Assembly: GCF_001194135.2 (NCBI RefSeq)
Contig: NC_068990.1
Coordinates: forward strand, 59,757,496 to 59,821,495
Direction: 5' to 3'
DNA: 64,000 nt
Source: Octopus bimaculoides
Taxonomy: Eukaryota
In this document: positions 15,862-25,696 of the stretch, in pieces
How the letters are laid out: every line of letters starts with the position of its first letter
Position numbering within the stretch: position 1 is the stretch's first letter
Made by a program: the position numbers and the translations under genes
The notes under the pieces: generated by a model
What the model saw: the letters and a program-made list of their open reading frames with translations, nothing else
Database searches by the model: none
Told to the model about the DNA's origin: nothing

Positions 15862-16685
15862 NNNNNNNNNNNNNNNNNNNNNNNNNNNNNNNNNNNNNNN
15901 NNNNNNNNNNNNNNNNNNNNNNNNNNNNNNNNNNNNNNNNNNNNNNNNNNNNNNNNNNNNNNNNNNNNNNNNNNNNNNNNNNNNNNNNNNNNNNNNNNNN
16001 NNNNNNNNNNNNNNNNNNNNNNNNNNNNNNNNNNNNNNNNNNNNNNNNNNNNNNNNNNNNNNNNNNNNNNNNNNNNNNNNNNNNNNNNNNNNNNNNNNNN
16101 NNNNNNNNNNNNNNNNNNNNNNNNNNNNNNNNNNNNNNNNNNNNNNNNNNNNNNNNNNNNNNNNNNNNNNNNNNNNNNNNNNNNNNNNNNNNNNNNNNNN
16201 NNNNNNNNNNNNNNNNNNNNNNNNNNNNNNNNNNNNNNNNNNNNNNNNNNNNNNNNNNNNNNNNNNNNNNNNNNNNNNNNNNNNNNNNNNNNNNNNNNNN
16301 NNNNNNNNNNNNNNNNNNNNNNNNNNNNNNNNNNNNNNNNNNNNNNNNNNNNNNNNNNNNNNNNNNNNNNNNNNNNNNNNNNNNNNNNNNNNNNNNNNNN
16401 NNNNNNNNNNNNNNNNNNNNNNNNNNNNNNNNNNNNNNNNNNNNNNNNNNNNNNNNNNNNNNNNNNNNNNNNNNNNNNNNNNNNNNNNNNNNNNNNNNNN
16501 NNNNNNNNNNNNNNNNNNNNNNNNNNNNNNNNNNNNNNNNNNNNNNNNNNNNNNNNNNNNNNNNNNNNNNNNNNNNNNNNNNNNNNNNNNNNNNNNNNNN
16601 NNNNNNNNNNNNNNNNNNNNNNNNNNNNNNNNNNNNNNNNNNNNNNNNNNNNNNNNNNNNNNNNNNNNNNNNNNNNNNNNNNNNN
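15862..16685. other. Assembly gap
   Basis: N run. Confidence 1.
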
Positions 16686-17177
16686 AAAAAAAAAAAAAAA
16701 AAAAAAAAAGAACAAACAAAATAATAATAATGGTAATCATAAAAATAATACTAATAATAATGATTGACAGAAAGAAAGACAAATGGAACAATAATGATAG
16801 TAGTAATAACAATAACAATAATAACAACAATAAACTAAAATAATAGCAGCTAAATAAGCAATTTCACTAATTGGTTATAAGTTTCTAAATGTAGTATTTT
16901 CTTTTTTGTTTGTTTTAGGAAATCTGATTTAAGAAAAAGAAAAAAAAAAAATGGGTGAATATCTAACTGTGGAAAAAGGCATCACTTTGAACATGATGGC
17001 AGACATGTTTTACTCTCCTGAGTTTTATTTTGTGTGTGTGTGTGCGTGTGTATACATACATACACACATATACATATGCATATATATATATACATACACG
17101 CATACATACACATAATATATACATGTGTATACATATATATGTGCACATATATATATAAATACACACATATACATATC

Positions 17178-17219
<42 letters not shown>

Positions 17220-17893
17220 CTTACATACATATATATATGACTTATGGTAGCCACTGTCATGTATTGCTTTCGCTTTCAAACTGAAACAGTACAATAAAGA
17301 CACACTGGTACAGACTTGTTCTTTTTTTAAACCTTTTTCTCTTTTTTTTAGCAGAACCATCAAAAAGGTTCCAGTTAGTTTAGTATGCAAAGGGATTCAT
17401 ACTGACATTAGTAGCATCTCTCAAGAAACAGACCCTTTGAAATAGCATAAGTTTGGTATTGTATTGTTATTTATATTGCCTGGCAATGATTAATTTGCCA
17501 ATATTCTCAAGCAATTTAGAAAGCAGAAGGATTGGAGTGACCTACTGAATGTTTACCCTAAAATTTATCAGAAATAAATAAATATGGTTTTAAATAAATT
17601 TTTTTATATAGTTTTTTTCATATATGCCTTTGTTTCATTTTGTTTTGTTTTACATCAATTTAAAAGAAATCAGTTTTAGAATTATCTCAAGGAAATATGA
17701 TACAATGTTGAAACTGGGAAACAGTAAATGTGATAACTTTATATTCTGATTGAGGAATATTTAACTTCATCTGACATAGTGATAGGAATTATTTGGGAAA
17801 TATGATACAAGAGAAGTGGTGTCCAGGTAAAAATAAAATTAATATGCAAAAGTAGTTGAAATTTGCTTCCTTGTCAATTCTTTAATAATAATA

Positions 17894-17924
<31 letters not shown>

Positions 17925-18579
17925 TAACAACAGTAATAATTTTTTTTCCTTGGCACAAGGCTAATAACAATATTAACAATAAAAATACTAGTTCCTTTCT
18001 TTCTGAAATATAGGTTTTCTAAAAATGGAAAGACACAATTAAAAAGGAAAATTAAAAAATAAATAAATAAAAATGAAATAAAATTTTCAATAGGTCAACA
18101 AGAGAATAGACTTTTTTTTTTCATAAAACTGAAGGTCAACAATTTGCAAGTTAATATACTATTTAACTGATTCAATAGAACAAAATAAAGAAACTGGTGT
18201 AGAATAACAGTAATCTAGGGCAAATTATATATAAGAAAGAGAAGATGAAGAAGATGAAGAAGAAGAAGAAGAAGAAGAAGAAAAAGAAGAAGAAAGATGT
18301 GACAAAGAAGAAATAGCTATTTAAATAAAACTGAAAAGAAACTTCAAAATTTGCTCTGGATTAACAGCCGTCAAAGTGATTCCATACTTGATGATCTTTT
18401 GTTTACAGGCAAGATAACGGAAGGTGTAAATAATAGACAAATATTATGGCTCGAGAAATAGGGTGAAAATTGTGATCTCTTGAGTGAGATATACAGCTTG
18501 TAGTTTACATTTTACCAACAGAACCAGTCAATTTAATGTAGTGCAGTCCTCTAAATAAGTAAAAAGCTAGTTGATCAGC

Positions 18580-20226
18580 TCATGCGGACACAGGTGGCTC
18601 CAAATGCCACATAAGATGTGCCATAAATTCCAGGCGGTTACCTAGTTTCTTAAGGCATTTCTTACAGGTGAATGGATCATCATTTCCAAGGTGTAGACTG
18701 TTGTGTAACATGTAGATAGCAAAATCTTCAAACCAAATCCCGCAATGTTTGCAATTGCTGATTTTTTTGTTACCAATTTGAAATGGTCCGGTTCTGCTGT
18801 TGTTGGCAGTTTGATCACTTTCCAGAGGTTGCTTGTCAACCAAACTTATTGTATAACTGATTTGTTGGTTATCAAAATCTACTTCGCCATTTCTTATGTT
18901 ATCAGAAATATCATCTTCTTGGTCATTTTTCTCAAAGTCAGAAGTGCTAGGTACAACAAACATTTTGGTACCATCAGTAATTGTTTCAGCTTCTATGTTT
19001 TCAAACTCTTCCCCACTGCCTACCAGTGAGTAACAAACTTTTAGGGCAGCATTTGTTGATTCATCATCACTAAACTCCTCACTTGCTTCTATCACTTCCA
19101 TTCTTTCATCACAAGATAGCTCATCACAGTTTGGTTCAATATCCTCCTCCCCTTCTTCGTCATCGTTCTCACCACCTTCCTCCTCTTCTTCAATATCACC
19201 ACCAGGCTCATGTTTAATAGTTGAGGATTTTATTATGTCCTCTGAATGTTCATTATCCTCCTCTTCCTCTTCCTCATCAACAAAATCATCTTCATCATTA
19301 GCAGATTCTTGAATAGTTAGAAGAGGACTTAGACTTTTTGTGCTGGAGTCATTTATTTGATCACTAATTTCCTTAGTCTCTAACATTTGGTTATTATTCT
19401 CTTCTAAGTTAGTGCTGTGAATAGTGCTGGATTTCTGGGACAAGTCATAGTTTACAACAGTTTCATTTAAATTTTCACTCTTGGCAGCATTGTGTTCTGC
19501 ATAATCAGCTTCTGCTAGCTGGCCAAGGATTTTCATCCAGCTTTTTTCACTGTTTTCAACTGTTTCAATGCTATAGGTGCTTGTTTCATTTTCTGCTGGT
19601 TGAGAGCTTACCAAACAGAAACGTGCACAGCCAGTCCATTTTGCACCTTCAATAACAGGTGGCTCTTCAGTTGTTTCAGTATCACCATTAGACACTTCTT
19701 CAGGAGTTAGGCTATTTTTTCTCCGTACTTTCCCAACCGTATTTTGTTTTACTTCATGTAACTTTTGATGTTTGTCTAATTCGATGAGAGTTTCAAATGC
19801 CTCTCCACAAGTTTCACACGTCTGGACAGATTTTATTCCATGACTACGTAGATGAGATTTTAATAGATGGGAGGCCACAAACCTTGCGTTACAGATTCTA
19901 CAAGTATTCTTCGTTCGGTGGTTAGAATGCACTTTTGCGTGTTGTTTCAGATGATCCGAGCGAGAAAATCGGCGTCCACATATATGACAGATGTATGGCT
20001 TTTCTCCACTATGTACCCGTATGTGACGTTGAAGTTTTGATGAAGTGCGGTATGTTTGACCACACAGTGTACATTTCAAAGGAGCAGCCCCACGTGAATG
20101 TGAAAGTACATGAGCATTGAGCTCATCCTCCGTGTCAAACTGCATAGCACAGTATCGACACATCAAATTATTAGGTTCTTTAACAGGAGGATAACTGCTA
20201 TTTGGAGATGTGGAAACCACACTCAT
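18580..20226 (-). CDS. C2H2 zinc-finger transcription factor (548 aa from first ATG): five N-terminal C2H2 fingers, acidic linker, C-terminal Ikaros/Hunchback-type dimerisation finger pair
   Basis: Uninterrupted 1647-nt ORF with non-repetitive composition. Fingers: CRYC..HVLSH, CTLC..HIRVH, SGEKP linker, CHIC-GRRFSRSDHLKQHAKVH, CRIC..HLRSH, CETC..HQKLH. C-terminal pair: CKHCGIWFEDFAIYMLHNSLH-LGNDDP-FTCKKC..NRLEFMAHLMWH. TGA stop at 18580-18582. May be the last coding exon of a longer gene (see splice acceptor). Confidence 0.95.
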   Translation of the reverse strand: MSVVSTSPNSSYPPVKEPNNLMCRYCAMQFDTEDELNAHVLSHSRGAAPLKCTLCGQTYRTSSKLQRHIRVHSGEKPYICHICGRRFSRSDHLKQHAKVHSNHRTKNTCRICNARFVASHLLKSHLRSHGIKSVQTCETCGEAFETLIELDKHQKLHEVKQNTVGKVRRKNSLTPEEVSNGDTETTEEPPVIEGAKWTGCARFCLVSSQPAENETSTYSIETVENSEKSWMKILGQLAEADYAEHNAAKSENLNETVVNYDLSQKSSTIHSTNLEENNNQMLETKEISDQINDSSTKSLSPLLTIQESANDEDDFVDEEEEEEDNEHSEDIIKSSTIKHEPGGDIEEEEEGGENDDEEGEEDIEPNCDELSCDERMEVIEASEEFSDDESTNAALKVCYSLVGSGEEFENIEAETITDGTKMFVVPSTSDFEKNDQEDDISDNIRNGEVDFDNQQISYTISLVDKQPLESDQTANNSRTGPFQIGNKKISNCKHCGIWFEDFAIYMLHNSLHLGNDDPFTCKKCLKKLGNRLEFMAHLMWHLEPPVSA

Positions 20227-20242
20227 CTTGCTCTTGGAATTT

Positions 20243-20268
20243 CTGAAAGATAAAAGAAAAAAAAAATA
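20243..20268 (-). promoter_or_regulatory. 3' splice acceptor (polypyrimidine tract + AG) 16 nt upstream of the zinc-finger ATG
   Basis: Minus strand reads TTTTTTTTTTCTTTTATCTTTCAG|AAATTCCAAGAGCAAG-ATG; AG at 20244-20243. The 16 exonic nt are stop-free in the ORF frame (x-N-S-K-S-K-M). Confidence 0.8.
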
Positions 20269-20320
20269 TGTGAGTAAACAGAGAAAACCAGAATATCAAA
20301 CATTTATATGTAATTTGTAA

Positions 20321-20550
20321 TTAGCCCTTTAGCATTCACATTATTTTGTAAAAGTAATGCTTATTTATTCACATTGTTTTGAATTAATCACGTACTGTTT
20401 TGTAGCTATGAGATTTCGATGAAGCAAAATGTTAATTTTTTTAGAATGACACTGTAGGACAGATGTGAGAAATCAGATCTGATCAATTTGAAAGTAAAAC
20501 AGGTAGAATATTTTGGCTGGGTATGGCTGGTTTAAATGCTAAAGGGTTAA
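20321..20550. mobile_element. TTAA MITE family B
   Basis: TTAGCCCTTTAGCATTC ... AATGCTAAAGGGTTAA (orientation B). Confidence 0.85.
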
Positions 20551-20584
20551 ACAAGAAATGTGGTTCAATTTCATTTAACAAAAA

Positions 20585-20882
20585 GTGCAGGCATGGTCAT
20601 ACGGTTAGACGCTTGATCCCAACTACATGGTTCCAGGTTCAGTCCCACTGCATGGCACCTTGAACAAGTGTCTTTTACTGCAGCCTCAGGCTGAACAAAG
20701 GCTTATGAGTGAATTTGGCAGATTGAAACTGAAAGAAGTTCATCACATATATATATGTGTGTGTTTGTTGCCCACCACCACTTGACAAACAGTGTTGGGT
20801 GTTTTACATCCCTGTAACCTGGTGGCTTGGCAAAAAGAAACCAATAGAATAAGTACCAGTCTTAATTAGTACTGGAGTTGAT
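20585..20882 (+). mobile_element. SINE family E, 5' part; the 3' part continues at 23022-23097 beyond the Penelope dimer
   Basis: TTCCAGGTTCAGTCCCACTGC head..AGAATAAGTACCAG..GTACTGGAGTTGAT; the tail AACTGAAACAAGTAAAAGA appears only after 23022. Confidence 0.8.
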
Positions 20883-20931
20883 ACACATTACTTACATTTG
20901 ACGGATATTTGTCCTCATCTTGTTTGTTGCT

Positions 20932-20970
20932 AACACGTTTCGGCTGATATACCCTCCAGCCTTCATCTTG
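20932..20970 (-). ncRNA. Degenerate hammerhead motif (7-nt deletion removing the CTG core)
   Basis: Reverse complement CCCCAAG-ATGAAGGCTG..CAGCCGAAACGTGTT, versus CCCCAAGACACCTGATGAAGG in the other arms. Confidence 0.55.
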
Positions 20971-21050
20971 GGGAAATTTCAAACCTGAGTTTTCTTTCCG
21001 AAGGTTTTTTTCGATGTCATTATTATTATTATTATTATTACTATTATTCA

Positions 21051-21123
21051 GGTCACTGCTTGTAATCAAACTCGGAATCGTGAGGTTAGTAGCCTGCACT
21101 CTTAACCACTATGCCATATGCCC
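21051..21123 (-). other. tRNA-like (Pol III box A/B) head inside the Penelope-type element, arm 1
   Basis: Reverse complement GGGCATATGGCATAGTGGTTAAGAGTGCAGGCTACTAACCTCACGATTCCGAGTTTGATTACAAGCAGTGACC; 73 nt; box B degenerate. Confidence 0.75.
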
Positions 21124-22737
21124 GTGGGCAATTATGGAGTGAATTTTAGGGCTTATAAACCTAATATTTTCCTATCCTTCCTAAATACCCGTTCCCATGT
21201 GCTATTCATATCTGCACTCGGTCTGCTTAGAAGGTTGTTGTATCCTAGCATACGTGCTGCTTCTTTTAGGTTTCGTATTTTCCAGTGATGTTCTCTGTCT
21301 ATTATTCTAACTTCATCCCACAGGAGAAGGTGGTCTCCATTTTTCTATACATGATCACTATACCTGATTTATCAGTATCTCCTAGTGTCACAGCTTTGCG
21401 ATGTTCGTCTACCCTTATTTTGAGGGGGCAGCATGTTTTGCTTTTTTATAACCTACCACAGCTGTATGGGATGCAGTACATGCAGTCTTTGGTCATATTC
21501 TCTTCTATTGGTGGTTTTACTCGAAGGAGATATTTGCAAAGTGTTGTATTACTCTTGAATACTGTCCTGATGTCATATGGGCTGCATATCTTTTGTATCT
21601 TTTCGGAGAGGCCTTTCACATAGGTTAGGCAGACTGTGGATTGTCTATTGGTTTCATCCTCTCTTTTCTTCATAATTGGAGTGGATAGTATGTTTTTGAG
21701 GTAGTTGTTGCTTAATAGATTGTTATTGAGCTTGATCATTTCTTTGTGGTGTGTATCATTGCTACTTATATACTTAGCACAATGTTTTAGGCACTGAGTA
21801 ATCCCTCTCTTTACACTGTATGGCTGGTGGGAGATGAAGTTGAGGTATCGTCCATTGAAGGTTGGCTTGCAGTATACGGATGTCCTGAATCCATACTTGG
21901 TGCATGTTATTAATGCGTCCAGAAATGCTAACTGATTGTCTTTTTCCTTTCCCATTGTGAACTGGATATATTAATAACATGCATCAAGTATGGAATCAGG
22001 ACATCCCTATACTGCAAGCCGACCTTCACTGGACGATACCTAAACATCAATTCTCACCATCCATACAGTGTAAAAAGAGAGATTACTCAGTGCCTAAAAC
22101 ATCATGCAAAGAATATAAGTAGCGATCGTGATACACACCACGAAGAAATGATCAAGCTCAATAACAATCTATTAAGCAACAACTACCCCAAAAGTATACT
22201 ATCCACTGCAATTATAAAGAAAAGAGAGGATGAAACCAATAAATGGTCCACAGTCTGTCTACTCTATGTGAAAGGCCTCTCTGTAAAGATACAAAAGATA
22301 TGTGGCCCATATGACAACAGGACAGTATTCAAGAGTAATACAACACTTTGCAAATATCTCCTTCGAGTAAAACTACCAATTGCATGTACTCCATCCCAGC
22401 TGTGGTAGGTTATACAAAGGTGAAACAAACCGCCCCCTCAAAACAAGGGTAGACGAACATCGCAAAGCAGTGACACGAGGAGATATTGATAAATTGGGTA
22501 TAGCCGACCATGTATGGAAAAATGGAGACCACCTTCCCCAGTGGATGAAGTTAAAATAATAGACAGAGAACACGACTGGAAAATACGAAAACTAAAAGAA
22601 GCAGCACATATGCTAGGACACAACAACCTTCTAAGCAGGCCGACTGCAGATATGAGTAGCATATGGGAACCGGTATTAAGGAAGGATAGGAAAATATTGG
22701 ATTTATAAGCCCTAAAATTCACTCTATAATTGCCCAT

Positions 22738-22810
22738 GGGCATATGGTGTAGTGGTTAAGAGTGCGGGCTACTTACCTGAAGATTCCAAGTTCGATTCCA
22801 AGCAGTGACC
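22738..22810 (+). other. tRNA-like (Pol III box A/B) head inside the Penelope-type element, arm 2
   Basis: GGGCATATGGTGTAGTGGTTAAGAGTGCGGGCTAC..AAGATTCCAAGTTCGATTCCAAGCAGTGACC; 73 nt; starts 30 nt after the ORF stop at 22708. Confidence 0.8.
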
Positions 22811-22887
22811 TGAATAATAATAATAATTATAATAATAATATCGAAAAATACGTTCGGAATGAGAATCCAGGTTTAAAATTTCCCCAA

Positions 22888-22930
22888 GACACCTGATGAA
22901 GGTTGGAGGGTATATCAGCCGAAACGTGTT
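22888..22930 (+). ncRNA. Hammerhead motif, variant with shortened stem III (GAAACGTGTT)
   Basis: GACAC-CTGATGA-A-GGTTG(GAGGGTATAT)CAGCC-GAAAC-GTGTT; three nt shorter than the 53355 copy, with no separate stem III/cleavage triplet. Confidence 0.6.
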
Positions 22931-24407
22931 AACAAACAAGATGAGGACAAATATCTGCCAAATGTAAATAATATACATAATTCCTCATCTCTTAAATATA
23001 GAATTGTATTATGGAGTTGATTCATTAAACTAAAAATTCTTTAGGGTGATGCCCTAGCGTTGCTGCAATTGAACAACTGAAACAAGTAAAAGATAAAACC
23101 CAATGCTTGCATTGATCATTTATACAGAGTCAGACACTCTTTGTATTTACAAGTATGAGAGAGAGAGAGAGAGAGAGAGAGAGTGGTGCTGAAACTTTAC
23201 TACATTCATTAAGCAAAAAATATATATATTAGATAAATCATACATAGTATCAGTCAGGATATTTATACATGCTTCAAAACAAACTATAAAAGTTAAAAAA
23301 AGCAAGTTGGTATAAAAACATCTCCAAACAAATGGTATTTATTAGAGTTCTAGTTCTCCAGGAATTACAGAATTTATAACAAAATAATAATAATAAAAAA
23401 GAACTATGAAGAGATAGTTATTTGAAATATATTCTGTAAGTCTAATAAATCTTTCTTTCCATGCCAACATCATTGAATATGAATATGGTAGATAATCGCA
23501 TTTGTGATATAGGGCGATAATCTAAATAATTAGTAAATATAAAGTACAGTTCTGTGTTTAATATCTATCAAAGAAAAAACAAAAAATGCAAAAAAAAGAG
23601 GCAAGGGAGACAACTACAATCATTTGATAAACATTTTTGGACAATATAGACAATGCAGTTTGGAGTGGCTCTGTGAAAACAACAAACATGCTTTAGTCTT
23701 ATTGGACCTTCTCAGGGAAATATATTTTACTTAGTTGACAAGATTATGAGCATATAGAAATCGGGAGAATGCAGCAATGCTGATTATCAACATCATCGAC
23801 AACATAACCATGAAAAAAAAAAAAGCTTCAGGTAGGTGTTCTGCATACTAAGCAGAAATGCAATATGGCCTCACATATGTAACTGAGTGAGATGAAGGAA
23901 AAAAAAAAAAACCCAAAAAACAAACTTCAATCAACTGAGATTATCCATGCACTGAATACTGAAGAAAGATAAAAAAAAAAACAACAACGAAACAAAACAA
24001 ATCAAACAAACAAAAACATCACAACAACAAAACTCATGACTGGCCAATATATAGAATCTGACATGAAGCAACAGTATTTTAATAGCAAATGGATTTTGCT
24101 TGGTGATATACTTTAATGCTGGTAGCTTAATAGGATGAGAGAAATAGACTTCACTACTACTATTAATACGATATGAGACTTGAGGCAAGATTTAAAAAGA
24201 AGGTAAAAAAATCCTCAAAAAACAAGCCAACATTGCACTAGCTATTATTATGAATTTTACATTAAGAAATTAATGAAACTTATTATTTTACTGTTTAACA
24301 CTTTTGTGACCCTATTTCTAGCAATCTACACATGCTATGTGATTCACTAAATTTTGAAAAAAATAATCAAGAATTTGGAATGCTTTACTAAAATAATAAT
24401 TTCATTT

Positions 24408-24590
24408 TTAACCCTTTAGCATTAAAATCAACCATATCAGGCCCAAGTATTCAACTTGTTTTATATTCAAATTGGCCAGATCCGGTTTTTCATACCTATC
24501 CCTCAATGCCGTTCTAAAAATAAACAGTCACATTATCAAATCTCAAAGCTATGAGATAATGCACAATTAATTCAAAATAATGAAAATATA
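24408..24590. mobile_element. TTAA MITE family B, truncated
   Basis: TTAACCCTTTAGCATT start; ends at the (CAT)n tail of the adjacent SINE-like element (orientation A). Confidence 0.75.
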
Positions 24591-24594
24591 AATC

Positions 24595-25110
24595 ATCATC
24601 ATCATCATCGTTTAACGTCCGCTTTCCATGCTGGCATGGGTTGGACGGTTTGACTGAGGACTGGCGAGCCAGATGGCTGCACCAGGCTCCAATCTGATCT
24701 GGCAGAGTTTCTACAGCTGGATGCCCTTCCTAACGCCAACCACTCCGAGAGTGCAGTGGGTGCTTTTACATGCCACCGGTACAAGGGCCAGTCAGGTGGT
24801 ACTGGCAATGGCCACGCTCAAATGGTGTTTCTCACGTGCCAGTAAGGCAACGGTGGTAACGATCATGTTCGTATGGTGCTTTTTATGTGCCACCGGCACA
24901 GGAGCCAGTCAGCAACCCTGGCAACGATCATGTTCGGATGGTGCCCTTAGCGCTGCACTAGCATGGATGCCAATCATGCGGAGGTGTCATCGAATTCGAT
25001 TTCGATTTCACTTGCCTCAACAGGTCTTCGCAAGCAGAGTTTAGTATCCAATGAAGGAAAGGTACGCTTGTGGGCTGGTTACACCACTGGCACAGGCCAC
25101 AGTGTTTGGA
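24595..25110 (-). mobile_element. (GAT)n-tailed SINE-like element, family F
   Basis: Plus strand (CAT)n-CGTTTAACGTCCGCTTTCCATGCTGGCATGGGTTGGACGG..GGATGCCCTTCCTAACGCCAACCAC; GC-rich, with internal repeated GTGCTTTTAYRTGCCACCGG motifs. Confidence 0.75.
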
Positions 25111-25476
25111 ACTTAAAAGAAGATAAAATAATGATAGGTCTTAAATTATGACACTTTAGTCCTGCTTTATTAAGAACACAACAACCTCCTAGTACTGGCA
25201 CAATAATATAATCCACTAAGTACGTTGTAAAGTGACTGATATTATGAAGGGCATCCAGCCATAGACACCATGCCATATAAAACACCTGAATAAGATGTTG
25301 CTTCTTGACACTTCTAGTAGAGGAGTAACTTCAAACAACAAAAAATTACTGACTGTGACCTGATAGTGATGATGAACATTTGAAAATGAAAAGTTTTGTA
25401 ACATAGATTTAGAAGTGGTTTCATGCAGGCTGGCTTTGGAAAGAGATAATCATGGATTTTTTAAATGTATACTCAC

Positions 25477-25511
<35 letters not shown>

Positions 25512-25514
<3 letters not shown>

Positions 25515-25696
25515 GGAGTAAGCACATGAAATGTGCAACAAGGTGGAAAAAAGAGTACTCAAATACCAGAGGTAGAGTAATATGCTTTATTTAAAAGCAG
25601 CAGAAATATAACAAAAGACTGTTACTCTGAGTTTCACGTTCCCGTTCATTGGACAGTTTTGTTAGAATTTCCATTTCTAACAAAACTGTCCGATGA
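25512..25696. repeat. Palindromic element inserted in (TA)n, right arm lost in an assembly gap
   Basis: 22-nt arms 25646-25667 and 25675-25696 are reverse complements with one mismatch around a 7-nt loop. The element starts after a (TA)n run, and TA repeats resume after the gap at 25869. Confidence 0.65.
25618..25657 (-). ncRNA. Second-family minimal hammerhead-like motif
   Basis: Reverse complement ACTGT-CCAATGA-ACG(GGAA)CGT-GAAA-CTC-A-GAG-TA-ACAGT: stem I ACTGT/ACAGT, stem II ACG/CGT, stem III ACTC/GAGT, GUA triplet. The inverted partner arm reads ACTGT-CCGATGA (25685-25696) and then enters the gap. Confidence 0.6.

Larger units (their letters stand above)
20883..23011. mobile_element. Inverted (divergent) dimer of a 5'-truncated Penelope/Poseidon-type retroelement, locus 1
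   Basis: Minus arm ~20883-21960 and plus arm ~21962-23011 carry the same sequence. RT thumb remnants (FLDALI..TSVYCKPT..RYLNFISHQPYSVKRG; YVKGLSEKIQKI) are followed by GIY-YIG remnants (MYCIPYSCGRL; KIIDREHDWKIRKLKEA). Flanked by the direct repeat TGGAGTTGAT at 20873-20882 and 23012-23021. Confidence 0.9.

Noticed and set aside
15793-16843. 300+ aa ORFs
   Set aside because: Almost entirely N-gap.
18580-20226. Naming the gene hunchback, Ikaros or a KLF/EGR member
   Set aside because: Only the C-terminal pair is Ikaros/Hunchback-like and only one helix is EGR/KLF-like; orthology cannot be supported by eye.
21446-21955. Functional reverse transcriptase/endonuclease gene
   Set aside because: Only the RT thumb and GIY-YIG parts are present, 5'-truncated, with stops and frameshifts in all arms.
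22738-22810. Genuine tRNA gene
   Set aside because: Acceptor and anticodon stems pair poorly, and all four copies are embedded in a retroelement; called tRNA-derived instead.
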